DNA from: an uncultured bacterium
GTDB lineage: Bacteria > Patescibacteriota > Saccharimonadia > Saccharimonadales > Saccharimonadaceae
DNA: 64,000 bases
Reading direction: 5' to 3'
NCBI GenBank assembly: GCA_938030735.1
Contig: CALHIM010000011.1
Span: forward strand, 173,480-237,479
The notes under the pieces are model-generated. The model saw only the letters and a list, made by a program, of their open reading frames with translations. It was not told the DNA's origin and did no database searches. The position numbers and the translations under genes are program-made. Positions 1 through 9,280 of this stretch are shown in pieces. Position 1 is the first letter of the stretch. Every line of letters begins with the position of its first letter.

Positions 1-1
1 T

Positions 2-391
2 AATTCAGTGAGCGCAGTCTTACCAAAAGCTGGAACTTATAATTATAGCCAAATTCAAGCTTATATTTCAAAAAATACAATTGGCGGTGAGGTTATTAAA
101 GAAGACGCTAAAATTAAAATTTTAAATGGTACGAATTATTCGGGATTAGCGGCTCAAGAACAGAAAAAGCTTGAGAAAGAAGGCTTTAATATTCAGGATA
201 TTGATTCTGCACCAAAGCGAGACTATGCTAAAACTAAAATTTATTATGTAAAAGAAGATTCGAAAACCGCAACAATTAAAAAACTTGAATCTAAATATTC
301 AACTAAAGCTGAAAAATTACCATCAGAATTATCAAAAATAGGAGAAGGTTCAGATATAATTATTTTATTAGGTGAAGATAATGGCAATTAA
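2..391 (+). CDS. LytR_C-domain protein, C-terminal fragment (5' end outside window)
   Basis: The frame is open from the window edge. KIKILNGTNYSGLAAQEQKKLEKEGF...TKIYY fits the LytR_C domain pattern as I remember it. Confidence 0.5.
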   Translation, partial: NSVSAVLPKAGTYNYSQIQAYISKNTIGGEVIKEDAKIKILNGTNYSGLAAQEQKKLEKEGFNIQDIDSAPKRDYAKTKIYYVKEDSKTATIKKLESKYSTKAEKLPSELSKIGEGSDIIILLGEDNGN

Positions 392-731
392 TTTGACTAA
401 AAAACAAGTTGAACTATTGAATTTTATAGAAGTTTTTATTGAAGAATCTGGTTATAGCCCAACATATCGCGAAATTGCTCGTGGTATGGGCTATAAATCT
501 GTTGCAACGGTAGCAAAGCATATCGATAATTTGGTTTTAATGGGAAAAATAACTAAATCTGATGGTGGTGAAGCTCGTTCGATTTCTATTAAGAAACAGA
601 TATCGGAACTTTCTGGCGATGAAAAAAATATTCATGATTTTTTAGTTAAGAAGCGAGACTTTTACGCCGAAAATAATCAAATCGAACAAGCTAGAAAAAT
701 TGATGATGCAATTCTGACTTTGTGGTATTAG
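381..731 (+). CDS. LexA-like N-terminal winged-helix DNA-binding protein without S24 peptidase domain
   Basis: ORF 372..731 trimmed to ATG 381, 5 nt after AGGTGA (370-375). LTKKQVELLNFIEVFIEESGYSPTYREIARGMGYKSVATVAKHIDNL is a typical LexA DNA-binding domain. At 116 aa there is no Ser/Lys protease half. Confidence 0.6.
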   Translation: MAINLTKKQVELLNFIEVFIEESGYSPTYREIARGMGYKSVATVAKHIDNLVLMGKITKSDGGEARSISIKKQISELSGDEKNIHDFLVKKRDFYAENNQIEQARKIDDAILTLWY

Positions 732-775
732 AATATTGAAAAAATAAAGTGTTTATGTTTTAATGATAATTAGTA

Positions 776-1717
776 ATGGATATTTTTAAGAGTTTTGAAA
801 AATTTATAACAGGATTTTTAGATTATGACTGGTTCGAACCAATCACAATTATTCTTATTGCAGTTTTTGCGAGTTTTTTATCGCGTAAAATTATTGATTT
901 CGCTTTTAGTGTTCGTAAGAAAACTAAAAAAATAAAGCGCTCCGAAGAACGTTTAAAAAGAAATGAAACAATTTCGAAAATTGCAAAAACTACAATTGAT
1001 ATTGTTATCTGGATGACTGCGGCGATAAACTTTCTTAGCTCAATTGGTGTTAATGTTGCGTCTTTAATGACGGGTGCTGGTTTAATTGGTGTCGTGGTTG
1101 GTCTTGGTGCTCAAACGACAACGCGTGATATTTTAGCAGGATTTTTTATTGTTGGCGAAAATCAATATCGAGTTGGAGATACAATTGAGATTATGGTTGC
1201 TGGAAGGTTAATCTCGGGGAAAGTTGAAAATATTTCTTTACGAATTACTCAGGTTCGTGATGGTGATGGAAAAGTTCATACAATTCGAAATGGCGCAAGC
1301 GAGGCTGTGACAAATCTTTCTTTTAAATATGCTAATGTTAATTTAATGTTTGGTGTATCTTATGATACGGATATCGATGTTTTGGAAAAGGTGATAAATA
1401 ATGTTGGGCTAAAAATGCTTGAAGATCCGGAATTGAAAAAAGATATTATTGAGCCAATTGTATTCGTACGAGTGAATAAATTCTTGGATTCCTCGATGGA
1501 AATTAAGTGTTTAGGAAGGGTAAAAGCTGGAAAACAATGGAATGTTGCCGGAATTTTTCGGCGGGAAATCAAAAAAGCTTTTGATGAAAACGATATTATT
1601 TTGCCTTATCCACAAATGGTCATTCATGATGTAAATCGAATTACTGCTAAAATGAAAAATTCAAAAGCTCGCACTCGCCATCAAAAACATTCATCTATAA
1701 AACAAGTTAAAAAATAA
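776..1717 (+). CDS. small-conductance mechanosensitive channel (MscS family)
   Basis: N-terminal TM helices followed by an MscS beta-domain pattern (TTRDILAGFFIVGENQYRVGDTIEI...GKVENISLRITQVRDGDGKVHTIRNG). Confidence 0.8.
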   Translation: MDIFKSFEKFITGFLDYDWFEPITIILIAVFASFLSRKIIDFAFSVRKKTKKIKRSEERLKRNETISKIAKTTIDIVIWMTAAINFLSSIGVNVASLMTGAGLIGVVVGLGAQTTTRDILAGFFIVGENQYRVGDTIEIMVAGRLISGKVENISLRITQVRDGDGKVHTIRNGASEAVTNLSFKYANVNLMFGVSYDTDIDVLEKVINNVGLKMLEDPELKKDIIEPIVFVRVNKFLDSSMEIKCLGRVKAGKQWNVAGIFRREIKKAFDENDIILPYPQMVIHDVNRITAKMKNSKARTRHQKHSSIKQVKK

Positions 1718-1740
1718 AACCCTTTTTGAAAGGGTTTTTA
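1717..1740. terminator. bidirectional intrinsic terminator
   Basis: Stem AACCCTT (1718-1724) pairs with AAGGGTT (1730-1736). An A-run precedes it and a T-run follows. It lies between convergent genes. Confidence 0.7.
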
Positions 1741-2061
1741 TCTGTAGCGGTTATTTGGACACTTGCCGTATTGCCCATTTTCACAAAATGAGCAATTTTC
1801 TTTTTCACAGGCTGATAAATCATCTGATCTATGTGCGAAAGATTGACTTTTTACGGTTTTAAAGTTTGAGTCAATTCTCTGAAAAATTATACTTTGGGCT
1901 TGAACTTTTTTGCGCGAATAGTTACATTTGGCAAAATACATTTTAAAAATTTTATAAATTGCAGAAGAGTAGCCTTTTTCAGCTTTGATAAGTAAATCTT
2001 CTGGAATGTCTAATTCGGCTATTCGTTTTAGAAATTTGTGCGAAACTCTAATTTTTACCAT
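1738..2061 (-). CDS. hypothetical small protein with C-terminal Cys cluster
   Basis: 107-aa ORF divergent from arcA. The C-terminus reads CEKENCSFCENGQYGKC (CX4CX2CX7C). I recognise no family. Confidence 0.5.
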   Translation of the reverse strand: MVKIRVSHKFLKRIAELDIPEDLLIKAEKGYSSAIYKIFKMYFAKCNYSRKKVQAQSIIFQRIDSNFKTVKSQSFAHRSDDLSACEKENCSFCENGQYGKCPNNRYR

Positions 2062-2199
2062 ATTTTCACCTCCAAAAATGTACTAAGATGCTATTATTAT
2101 ATAATTTTTCTAATAAAAAGTCAATAAAGTTAAATTGTTTGATAAAAGATAATCTTTATGGTAAAATTAAATCATAAACATAAAATAAAGGGAGGGAAT

Positions 2200-3450
2200 A
2201 TGGGTGAAAAACCGATTCAAGTTAATAGTGAAATCGGAAAACTCAAAACCGTAATTTTACATAGACCAGGAAAAGAACTCGAAGGGTTGACTCCGGATTA
2301 TTTGGAACAGCTACTCTTTGATGATATTCCATATTTGGAGGTTGCGCAAGCTGAGCATGATGCTTTTGCGGAAACTCTTCGAAATCATGGAGTTGAAGTT
2401 CTTTATCTTGATCAATTAGCAGCAGAATCACTTTATAATGATGAAATTAAGTGGCGATTTATTTCTGATTTTGTGCGAGCTTCGAAACAAGGTGAACGGC
2501 ATGTAACGCACGCTTTGATGCGTTATTTAGGAGAATTTGAGCCACTCGAGCTTGTTCGAAAAATTATGGCGGGTGTTAAAAAAGATGAGATTAAAACTGA
2601 TGAAGATGAAAAATCTCATTTGAACTATTATTTTAAGAGTGATTATCCATTTTTGCTCGACCCAATGCCAAATCTTTACTTTACTCGTGACCCAGCAGCT
2701 GCAGTTGGAAATGGCTTAACAATTAATAAAATGCGATATCCAGCTCGTCGACGCGAGAGTTTGTTTATGGAATATATTATGCGCTATCACCCACGATTTG
2801 CAGCAAAAACTCCTGGTGGTGAAGTTCCGGTTTGGTTTGATCGCTATAATAAATTCAATATGGAAGGTGGCGATGAACTCGTTCTTTCGAAGAATGTGAT
2901 GGCAATTGGCGTTTCACAACGAACAACTCCTGAAGCAATCGAAAAAGTTGCTTCGAAATTGTTTGAATTTTCAGATTTTAATAAAATTTTAGCAATTCAA
3001 ATTCCAGTTTCACATGCTTTTATGCATCTTGATACTGTTTTCACAATGATTGATTATGATAAATTTACAGTTCACCCAGAAATTTTAGACAAAGATGGTG
3101 AATTGAATATTTACGTTTTGGAAGATTCTGGCATTCCAGGTCAGCCAAAAATTACACATCGCACAAACTTGAAAGAAACTCTAGAGGAAGTTCTTGGTCT
3201 TGACCATGTAACTCTGATTCAATGTGGTGATGGTGATCCAATCGCTGCAGCTCGCGAACAGTGGAACGACGGCTCGAATACTCTAGCAATCGCTCCAGGT
3301 GTAGTTGTAACTTATGATCGAAACTATGTAACCAACAGAGCTTTGCGTGAAGCTGGTGTTGAAGTGATTGAGATTCAGGGAGCTGAGCTTGGTCGCGGAC
3401 GAGGAGGTCCACGATGTATGTCAATGCCAATTTGGAGAGAGGAGATTTAA
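2200..3450 (+). CDS. arcA: arginine deiminase
   Basis: ORF 2158..3450 trimmed to ATG 2200, which follows GGAGGG (2191-2196). End-to-end ADI-like sequence including the catalytic-Cys region GGPRCMSMP. Confidence 0.9.
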   Translation: MGEKPIQVNSEIGKLKTVILHRPGKELEGLTPDYLEQLLFDDIPYLEVAQAEHDAFAETLRNHGVEVLYLDQLAAESLYNDEIKWRFISDFVRASKQGERHVTHALMRYLGEFEPLELVRKIMAGVKKDEIKTDEDEKSHLNYYFKSDYPFLLDPMPNLYFTRDPAAAVGNGLTINKMRYPARRRESLFMEYIMRYHPRFAAKTPGGEVPVWFDRYNKFNMEGGDELVLSKNVMAIGVSQRTTPEAIEKVASKLFEFSDFNKILAIQIPVSHAFMHLDTVFTMIDYDKFTVHPEILDKDGELNIYVLEDSGIPGQPKITHRTNLKETLEEVLGLDHVTLIQCGDGDPIAAAREQWNDGSNTLAIAPGVVVTYDRNYVTNRALREAGVEVIEIQGAELGRGRGGPRCMSMPIWREEI

Positions 3451-3452
3451 TA

Positions 3453-4442
3453 ATGGCATTAAATTTGAAAAATCGAAATTTTCTAACACTTTTAGATTTT
3501 GCACCAGAAGAAATTCGCTTAATGCTTGATGTTTCGCATGAGTACAAACGTTTAAAACGAGCTGGAATTGCTCACAAAATTCACGAAGGCAAACAAGTTG
3601 CTTTGCTTTTCGAAAAAACTTCAACCCGAACTCGAACCGCTTTCACTGTGGCGGCTCGAGATTTGGGAATTCACCCGGAATTTTTAGGTAAAGATGATAT
3701 TCAAATGGGTAAAAAGGAATCAATTAAAGATACAGCAATTGTGCTTGGTCGCTCATTTGATGGAATTGAATTTCGCGGTTTCGATCATTCAACTGTTGAA
3801 GAACTTGCAAAATATGCTGGTGTGCCTGTTTGGAATGGTTTGACTGATATGTATCACCCAACTCAAATTTTGGCAGACTTTATGACAATTGAAGAACATC
3901 TTGGATACCTAAAAGGTGCTAAATTAGTGTTTGTTGGTGACGGACGCAATAATATGGCGAACAGCTTGATGATTGGCTCAGCTAAAATGGGCGTTGATTT
4001 TCGAATTGCTGCCCCAAATAATCTTCATCCAGACCCTGCTTTGGTTGAAAAATGCCGTGAAATTGCTCGTGAAACTGGTGCAAAAATTACAATTACAGAC
4101 GACCTATATGGTGCCGCTCACGGCGCAGATTTCATCTATACTGATGTCTGGGTATCAATGGGAGAAGAAGATAAATTCGAAGAACGAATCCATCAATTAC
4201 GTGGCTTCCAAGTAAATACGGCACTTCTTCATGCAACTGGAAATCCAAATGTGAAATTTATGCACTGTTTGCCAGCCTTCCATGATTTAAATACAAAAAT
4301 TGGAAAAGAAATTTTCGAAAAATATGGATTGAAAGAAATGGAAGTTACTGATGAAGTCTTTAACTCAAACGCTTCAATTGTATTCGACGAAGCTGAAAAC
4401 CGCATGCACACAATTAAAGCGGTTATCGCTTTAACTTTGTAA
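3453..4442 (+). CDS. arcB: ornithine carbamoyltransferase (catabolic context)
   Basis: ATG 3453 lies 2 nt after the arcA stop. OTCase motifs are present: STRTR ([12 protein letters not shown]), HPTQ and HCLP. Confidence 0.9.
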   Translation: MALNLKNRNFLTLLDFAPEEIRLMLDVSHEYKRLKRAGIAHKIHEGKQVALLFEKTSTRTRTAFTVAARDLGIHPEFLGKDDIQMGKKESIKDTAIVLGRSFDGIEFRGFDHSTVEELAKYAGVPVWNGLTDMYHPTQILADFMTIEEHLGYLKGAKLVFVGDGRNNMANSLMIGSAKMGVDFRIAAPNNLHPDPALVEKCREIARETGAKITITDDLYGAAHGADFIYTDVWVSMGEEDKFEERIHQLRGFQVNTALLHATGNPNVKFMHCLPAFHDLNTKIGKEIFEKYGLKEMEVTDEVFNSNASIVFDEAENRMHTIKAVIALTL

Positions 4443-4457
4443 TTTTAGGAGAAGAAA

Positions 4458-6125
4458 ATGGCTATGAAAAAAGATGCAGATAAAACTGCTTCAAAAAAGG
4501 TTAAAAAGGTTTCGAAAAAGCTAAAAGTGTTTAAATCGCCGTCAGCTTTTAGTGTTTTATTCATTATTATTGCAATAATGGCTGGCTTAACTTGGCTCAT
4601 ACCAAGTGGTCGTTATGAACGATTAGAAGACGGAAAAATTAAATCCAACAGTTACTCGCAAACTGAAAAACGCTTGAAAGTTGTTGAAGAAGTTAAAAAT
4701 CCAAAAACCGAAATTTCAATTTCTGACGCAGAAAGCAAAGGCTATAAAAATGCGGCAAGCAATTTTAAAAAAGCTGAAGAAGAGAAAAAAGAATATTACA
4801 TTAATCTAAAGCAAGGATTTTGGGATATTTTCTTGTCTCCAATTTATGGAATGGCTAAGAAACTTGATGTAATCGTATTCATCCTGATCCTTGGTGGGTT
4901 CTTGGGTGTTGTGATGAAAACCGGCGCACTTGATTCTGCAATTGGTGGTTTACTCAAAAAAATGAAAGGCAAAGAGAAGTGGATTATTCCAGTTTTAATG
5001 ACACTTTTTGCGATTGGCGGAACTACTTATGGTATGCAAGAAGAAGCGGTGGCGTTTTATGCATTAATCGTACCAATTATGATTGCTGCTGGTTATAATT
5101 CAATGACTGCCGTAATGGTAATTGTTCTTGGTGCTGGTTCAGGTGTTTTAGCTTCAACAGTAAATCCATTCTCAACTATTATTGCTGCAAACGCTGCTGG
5201 TGCAGAATTATCGAAAATATTATTGCCTCAGTTTATAATTCTAGTTGCATCTTTAGCTGCTTCGATTATCTTTACGATGCGATATGCTGCTAAAGTTAAA
5301 GCTGGTGAATATGCTGAAGACTCTAAAGGAAAACCAGCAGTTAAAGCAATTGATGCTTCAAAAGTTCCAGAATTTACACTTGAGCGAAAATTTGTAATGG
5401 GAATTTTTGGGCTAACTTTCCTTGTGATGATTATGTCACTTGTTCCTTGGGAAGATTTGCATGTAACATTCTTTAAAGACTGGCACGAATGGCTCGCAAC
5501 TTTGCCTATTGTTGGTGGAATCTTCGGATTTGAGCATGCTGTTCCGTTCGGCTCTTGGTATTTTAACGAAATCTCAGCGCTGTTCTTAATCTCAACAATA
5601 ATGATTAAAATTCTTTATCATGAGGAATTTAAAAAAGATGATGTTTCTGTAACAAACACTTTCCTCGCTGGCTCGGCAGATCTATTGAGTGTTGCTTTAA
5701 TTATTGCGGTTGCTGCAGCAATTGGTGTTTTGATGCAAGCTGGCGGAATTCAAGATACGATTGTCTATTGGGGTGAAGAGCTTCTTCGAAAAGTTCCATC
5801 GCAGATATTTGGTGTTTTAGCTTACATTTTCTATATCCCAATGTCATTTATCATTCCATCATCTTCTGGTTTAGCAGAAGCTACAATGCCAATTATTGCT
5901 CCTGTTGCAGATTTAGCTGGCTCAACCAAAGAAATTGCTGTTGTTGCATTTGCAACTGCATCTGGACTTCTTAATATGATTGCCCCTACAATTGCATCAT
6001 TAATGGCTGGTTTAGCGCTTGCAGGCGTGCCTTATAAAAACTGGGTTAAGAGAACTGCTCCATTGATGACTATCTTAACTTTAATTAGTCTTGTTGTAAT
6101 CGTTGTGATGGGATTCTTAAAATAA
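4458..6125 (+). CDS. YfcC/DcuC-type membrane carrier, putative arginine/ornithine antiporter
   Basis: AGGAGA SD upstream. Polytopic protein with a YfcC-like core (LGGFLGVVMKTGALDSAIG...GGTTYGMQEEAVAFY). Its position directly after arcAB suggests the substrate. Confidence 0.65.
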   Translation: MAMKKDADKTASKKVKKVSKKLKVFKSPSAFSVLFIIIAIMAGLTWLIPSGRYERLEDGKIKSNSYSQTEKRLKVVEEVKNPKTEISISDAESKGYKNAASNFKKAEEEKKEYYINLKQGFWDIFLSPIYGMAKKLDVIVFILILGGFLGVVMKTGALDSAIGGLLKKMKGKEKWIIPVLMTLFAIGGTTYGMQEEAVAFYALIVPIMIAAGYNSMTAVMVIVLGAGSGVLASTVNPFSTIIAANAAGAELSKILLPQFIILVASLAASIIFTMRYAAKVKAGEYAEDSKGKPAVKAIDASKVPEFTLERKFVMGIFGLTFLVMIMSLVPWEDLHVTFFKDWHEWLATLPIVGGIFGFEHAVPFGSWYFNEISALFLISTIMIKILYHEEFKKDDVSVTNTFLAGSADLLSVALIIAVAAAIGVLMQAGGIQDTIVYWGEELLRKVPSQIFGVLAYIFYIPMSFIIPSSSGLAEATMPIIAPVADLAGSTKEIAVVAFATASGLLNMIAPTIASLMAGLALAGVPYKNWVKRTAPLMTILTLISLVVIVVMGFLK

Positions 6126-6126
6126 A

Positions 6127-6555
6127 ATGAAACAGATTTCGAAATATCAAAAGGAATCTTTTCATCGAAAATTAACCTCAATTTTGGTGATTGCTGTACT
6201 GGTAGCTGTAGTTTTTGCAGTAGGTTTTGTTGTGAAGCTTCTCGATTTTACACTACCAGTTGCTCACCGAAATATTTCGAATAATAAAAATCAAAATCAG
6301 TCTTCGAAAAATATAACAATTTCAGGAAACGTAGTTTGTCTTTCATTAAAAAAGGGTAAAACTGATAATTCAAATCCAAATAAATGTAAAGTTGGAGTTG
6401 TTGATTCTAAAGGCCAAAAATATGCTGTTTCTGGTGGAAGTAATTTAAATCTTTACGGAGAAGCTAATTCAAACGGAGTTGAGGTTTCTGGTGAGTTTAT
6501 TCCTGCCGGTGAAGATGAAACTTATGATATTGTTGGCACAATCAAGCGTTCGTAG
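6127..6555 (+). CDS. hypothetical membrane-anchored protein
   Basis: 142-aa ORF with one N-terminal TM helix, then an Asn/Gly-rich, probably beta-type domain. Confidence 0.5.
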   Translation: MKQISKYQKESFHRKLTSILVIAVLVAVVFAVGFVVKLLDFTLPVAHRNISNNKNQNQSSKNITISGNVVCLSLKKGKTDNSNPNKCKVGVVDSKGQKYAVSGGSNLNLYGEANSNGVEVSGEFIPAGEDETYDIVGTIKRS

Positions 6556-6567
6556 TATAATTTAACT

Positions 6568-7155
6568 ATGAAGTTATTGAGTGATCAAGTTGATGAACGC
6601 GAGATTAAAGTAATTTTGCGCGAGTTGGAAAAGACTCGCGCATTTTTTGGAGATGTTGTAGAGTTCGGCTGTTATGTTGGTACAACTAGTGTGTTTTTGG
6701 CAAAAACTCTTGAAAAATGGGGAAGTTCTAAAATGCTTTGGCTTTATGATTCGTTTGAAGGCTTACCAGAAAAATCTGTAAAAGATATTAATTCTTTGGG
6801 CGAAGTTTTTAAAAAAGGTGAGTTGTGTGCTAGCAAAAAGCAATTAATTTCAAATTTGCGTAAATCAAATATCAAAAAAATGCCAAAAATTACAAAAGGT
6901 TGGTTTAATGCACTTTCGAAAACACAAATTCCTGAAAAAATTAGCTTTGCTTTCTTGGATGGAGATTATTATGATTCAATTTTAGATCCGCTTAATTTAA
7001 TCTGGAATAATCTTGAAAGTGGTGCAGTCGTTGTTGTAGATGACTATGGAAATCAAGCCTTACCAGGAGCTTCAAAGGCAGTTAACGAATGGTGTAAAAA
7101 ACACAATATTTCAAAAGAAGTTGAAGCAACTTTGGCGATTTTTCGAAAACCATAA
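6568..7155 (+). CDS. TylF/MycF-like class I SAM-dependent methyltransferase
   Basis: VEFGCYVGTTSVFLA, LWLYDSFEGLPE and FAFLDGDYYDSI...VVVDDY resemble macrocin-O-methyltransferase-family proteins. TATAAT at 6556-6561 lies 6 nt before the ATG. Confidence 0.6.
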   Translation: MKLLSDQVDEREIKVILRELEKTRAFFGDVVEFGCYVGTTSVFLAKTLEKWGSSKMLWLYDSFEGLPEKSVKDINSLGEVFKKGELCASKKQLISNLRKSNIKKMPKITKGWFNALSKTQIPEKISFAFLDGDYYDSILDPLNLIWNNLESGAVVVVDDYGNQALPGASKAVNEWCKKHNISKEVEATLAIFRKP

Positions 7156-7372
7156 AAATAATAAAAAGTATTGCGCTTGTGCATAAAATGATGTATTATA
7201 TAAGTATAAGCGCTAAGGTTATTTTTGGGAGGAACCATAAAAATAGCGTGTTTTCTTGACATTTGTTATTTTTTTTGATAGAATAGTTCATAGGCTCGCG
7301 CAAAAGCGTGTAAAATTTATTAAATAAAGAAATCGGTCGAGCGCGTGAGTTGCATGAATAAAAGGAGAACAC

Positions 7373-7465
7373 ATGCCTATCAAAATCAATTTTCCTCCTT
7401 CAAGGAAGAAAATAATTGCGGTGGATGTGGTGCCTGCTGAATGGCAACGCTACATTGAACAATAA
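7373..7465 (+). CDS. candidate 30-codon small ORF (MPIKINFPPSRKKIIAVDVVPAEWQRYIEQ)
   Basis: AAAGGAG (7361-7367) lies 5 nt upstream of the ATG. A TGaTAGAAT promoter-like box sits at 7276-7284 and an 11-bp terminator stem follows the ORF. It falls below the ORF-track size cut-off. Confidence 0.35.
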   Translation: MPIKINFPPSRKKIIAVDVVPAEWQRYIEQ

Positions 7466-7480
7466 AAAGTGACAAAAAGA

Positions 7481-7510
7481 AAATCTCACTCTTTACCGAG
7501 TGAGATTTTA
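7481..7510. terminator. bidirectional intrinsic terminator
   Basis: Perfect 11-bp stem: AAATCTCACTC (7481-7491) pairs with GAGTGAGATTT (7498-7508). It is flanked by an A-run and a T-run. Confidence 0.8.
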
Positions 7511-7518
7511 TTATGGGA

Positions 7519-8250
7519 TTATTTTTGGTTCTTAATTGCTTCGTCTAAGGCTGATTTTAATTTTGCATCATCGCCCCAAATATCAGAAGATAAATCTTTG
7601 CCGTTAAGCTTGAATGAAGGTGTTCCAGTTACTTTCGCTTTCGAACCAACAGCTTGGTCAAATTTAATTTTCGCCTTCACTTTATCACTCTCAATATCTT
7701 TTTTGAATTGGTCGATATTTAGATTTAATTCTTTAGCGTATTCTGTGAAATATTCCATTCGCTCGCTAGCAGTTGAAACCGTCCATTCATCTTGCTTGTC
7801 GTAAAGTAAATCGTGCATTTCCCAATATTTTCCTTGCAAGCCCGCTGCTTCAGCAACGCTTGCTGCAGCAAGTGCATTTGGGTGGATTGTGACTAATGGA
7901 AAGTTTCGAAATATTATATTAACCTTATCTTTATATTCTTCTGCGATTGATTTAACGCGGCTGGCTGCAGTTTTACATCCTGGGCATTGAAAATCACCAT
8001 ATTCAACTAAAGTTATTTTCGAATTATTTTTATGGTAAATATGTTCAGAAATGTTACCTGAATTTTTACTTGAAGAAATCTCTTTCGAAATATCAACATT
8101 ACTCAAATCAATTTTTTGAAGATTCGAGAGCCATATCATTCCACTCAAAAAAAGAACAACCAAAACTGTAAAAATTATTGCAAATTTGTTATCGGCTATA
8201 AAATCTTTTATTTTTTGAAGATTTTTTGCCTTATTTTTATTAGTAGACAT
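7519..8250 (-). CDS. DsbA-family thiol:disulfide oxidoreductase, membrane anchored
   Basis: N-terminal TM helix, thioredoxin-fold CPGC active site (YGDFQCPGCKTAA), and a strong AAGGAGGAAA SD. Confidence 0.8.
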   Translation of the reverse strand: MSTNKNKAKNLQKIKDFIADNKFAIIFTVLVVLFLSGMIWLSNLQKIDLSNVDISKEISSSKNSGNISEHIYHKNNSKITLVEYGDFQCPGCKTAASRVKSIAEEYKDKVNIIFRNFPLVTIHPNALAAASVAEAAGLQGKYWEMHDLLYDKQDEWTVSTASERMEYFTEYAKELNLNIDQFKKDIESDKVKAKIKFDQAVGSKAKVTGTPSFKLNGKDLSSDIWGDDAKLKSALDEAIKNQK

Positions 8251-8332
8251 TTTCCTCCTTTTTCACTAACTATTACTATTTTAACATAAAAATAAGCTTT
8301 TTCAAAATGAATAAGTGTGATAAAATAAAAAT

Positions 8333-9232
8333 ATGTTAATTATAAGTATAATTTGTTTAATTTTAATGCTTATTGTTTTTTCTTTGAAAGAGAAGGAAAT
8401 TGAATTTTCTGAATTTGAGCTCCAACGCAGAATTAATTCTGGCGACAAACGAGCTGAAAAAATGCTTAACAAAAAGAAATTTGTGCCAGTTTATAATTAT
8501 TTTTTACAATATTTTGGCTGTGCAATCATGATTGTCTCTGTAATTTCACTTTCGAAAGTTTTTGATTTTTGGAAGTCGATAGGTATTTGTTTTGTTGTTT
8601 TCCTAATTTCGAAGGGAATTTTAAAAAGTGGTATTTTGAATCGAATTTCAAACCAGATTAATCGCAAAATTATCCCGATTGCAAATGGAATTTATTTTGC
8701 TCAAAATATAAAAACACAAAATAGGCTTTCGAAGATGGCGAATAAAAAACAACCGTGGTCGTTTTATTCAAAAGAAGAACTTTTAAATTTTTTGGCTAAT
8801 CATAAACGAATTTTAACTGAAAATGAGCAAAAATGGATTGAAAAAATTTTCGAACTTGAAGAAAAAACAATTTTAGAAATTGGGGTTTCGGGTGAAAAAA
8901 TGGCAATAATCCACGATAATGATTTGTTAACACCGTTAGTAATTGATGAACTTTTCAAAACTAAACAAAAGATCTTTCCAGTTATGAATGGGGAAGAAAA
9001 TAAAGTTAAGGGCGTAATTTTTCTGGAAGATATTACTAAAATTGATTCAAGTGATTCGAAAAAAGCTCAAAAAGTAATGCATGAAGAATTTCTATCGATA
9101 AAACCTAATTTAAGTGCCTTAGCAGCTTTCGAAAAAATACTTTCAAAAGGTGAAAATTATGCAATTTTACTTGAAAAAAATGGCGATTTGGCTGGAATCG
9201 TTAATTTGGTAGATTTTATTCGCAAAAAATAG
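8333..9232 (+). CDS. DUF21/CNNM-like membrane protein with CBS pair (HlyC/CorC-type, no CorC_HlyC tail)
   Basis: N-terminal TM region with FSEFELQRRINSGDKRAEKML (DUF21-like), then a CBS-like C-terminal half. TGaTAAAAT ends 6 nt before the ATG. Confidence 0.5.
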   Translation: MLIISIICLILMLIVFSLKEKEIEFSEFELQRRINSGDKRAEKMLNKKKFVPVYNYFLQYFGCAIMIVSVISLSKVFDFWKSIGICFVVFLISKGILKSGILNRISNQINRKIIPIANGIYFAQNIKTQNRLSKMANKKQPWSFYSKEELLNFLANHKRILTENEQKWIEKIFELEEKTILEIGVSGEKMAIIHDNDLLTPLVIDELFKTKQKIFPVMNGEENKVKGVIFLEDITKIDSSDSKKAQKVMHEEFLSIKPNLSALAAFEKILSKGENYAILLEKNGDLAGIVNLVDFIRKK

Positions 9233-9280
9233 GAAAATGTGGTAAAATATAAAGAGTTAAATTCAAGAATTAGGAGAAAT

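Noticed and set aside
2158-2199. Upstream extensions of track ORFs (arcA 2158, arcB 3414, aspS 9239, permease 19386, 29802, 46069, 46509, 51401, 43924 and others)
   Set aside because: In each case an internal ATG directly follows a GGAGG-type SD or a promoter overlaps the extension. The N-termini of known families also begin at the internal start.
7469-7804. 111-aa plus-strand track ORF
   Set aside because: It lies entirely antisense to the well-supported DsbA-like gene (CPGC motif, strong SD) and begins inside the bidirectional terminator. I treat it as a shadow ORF.
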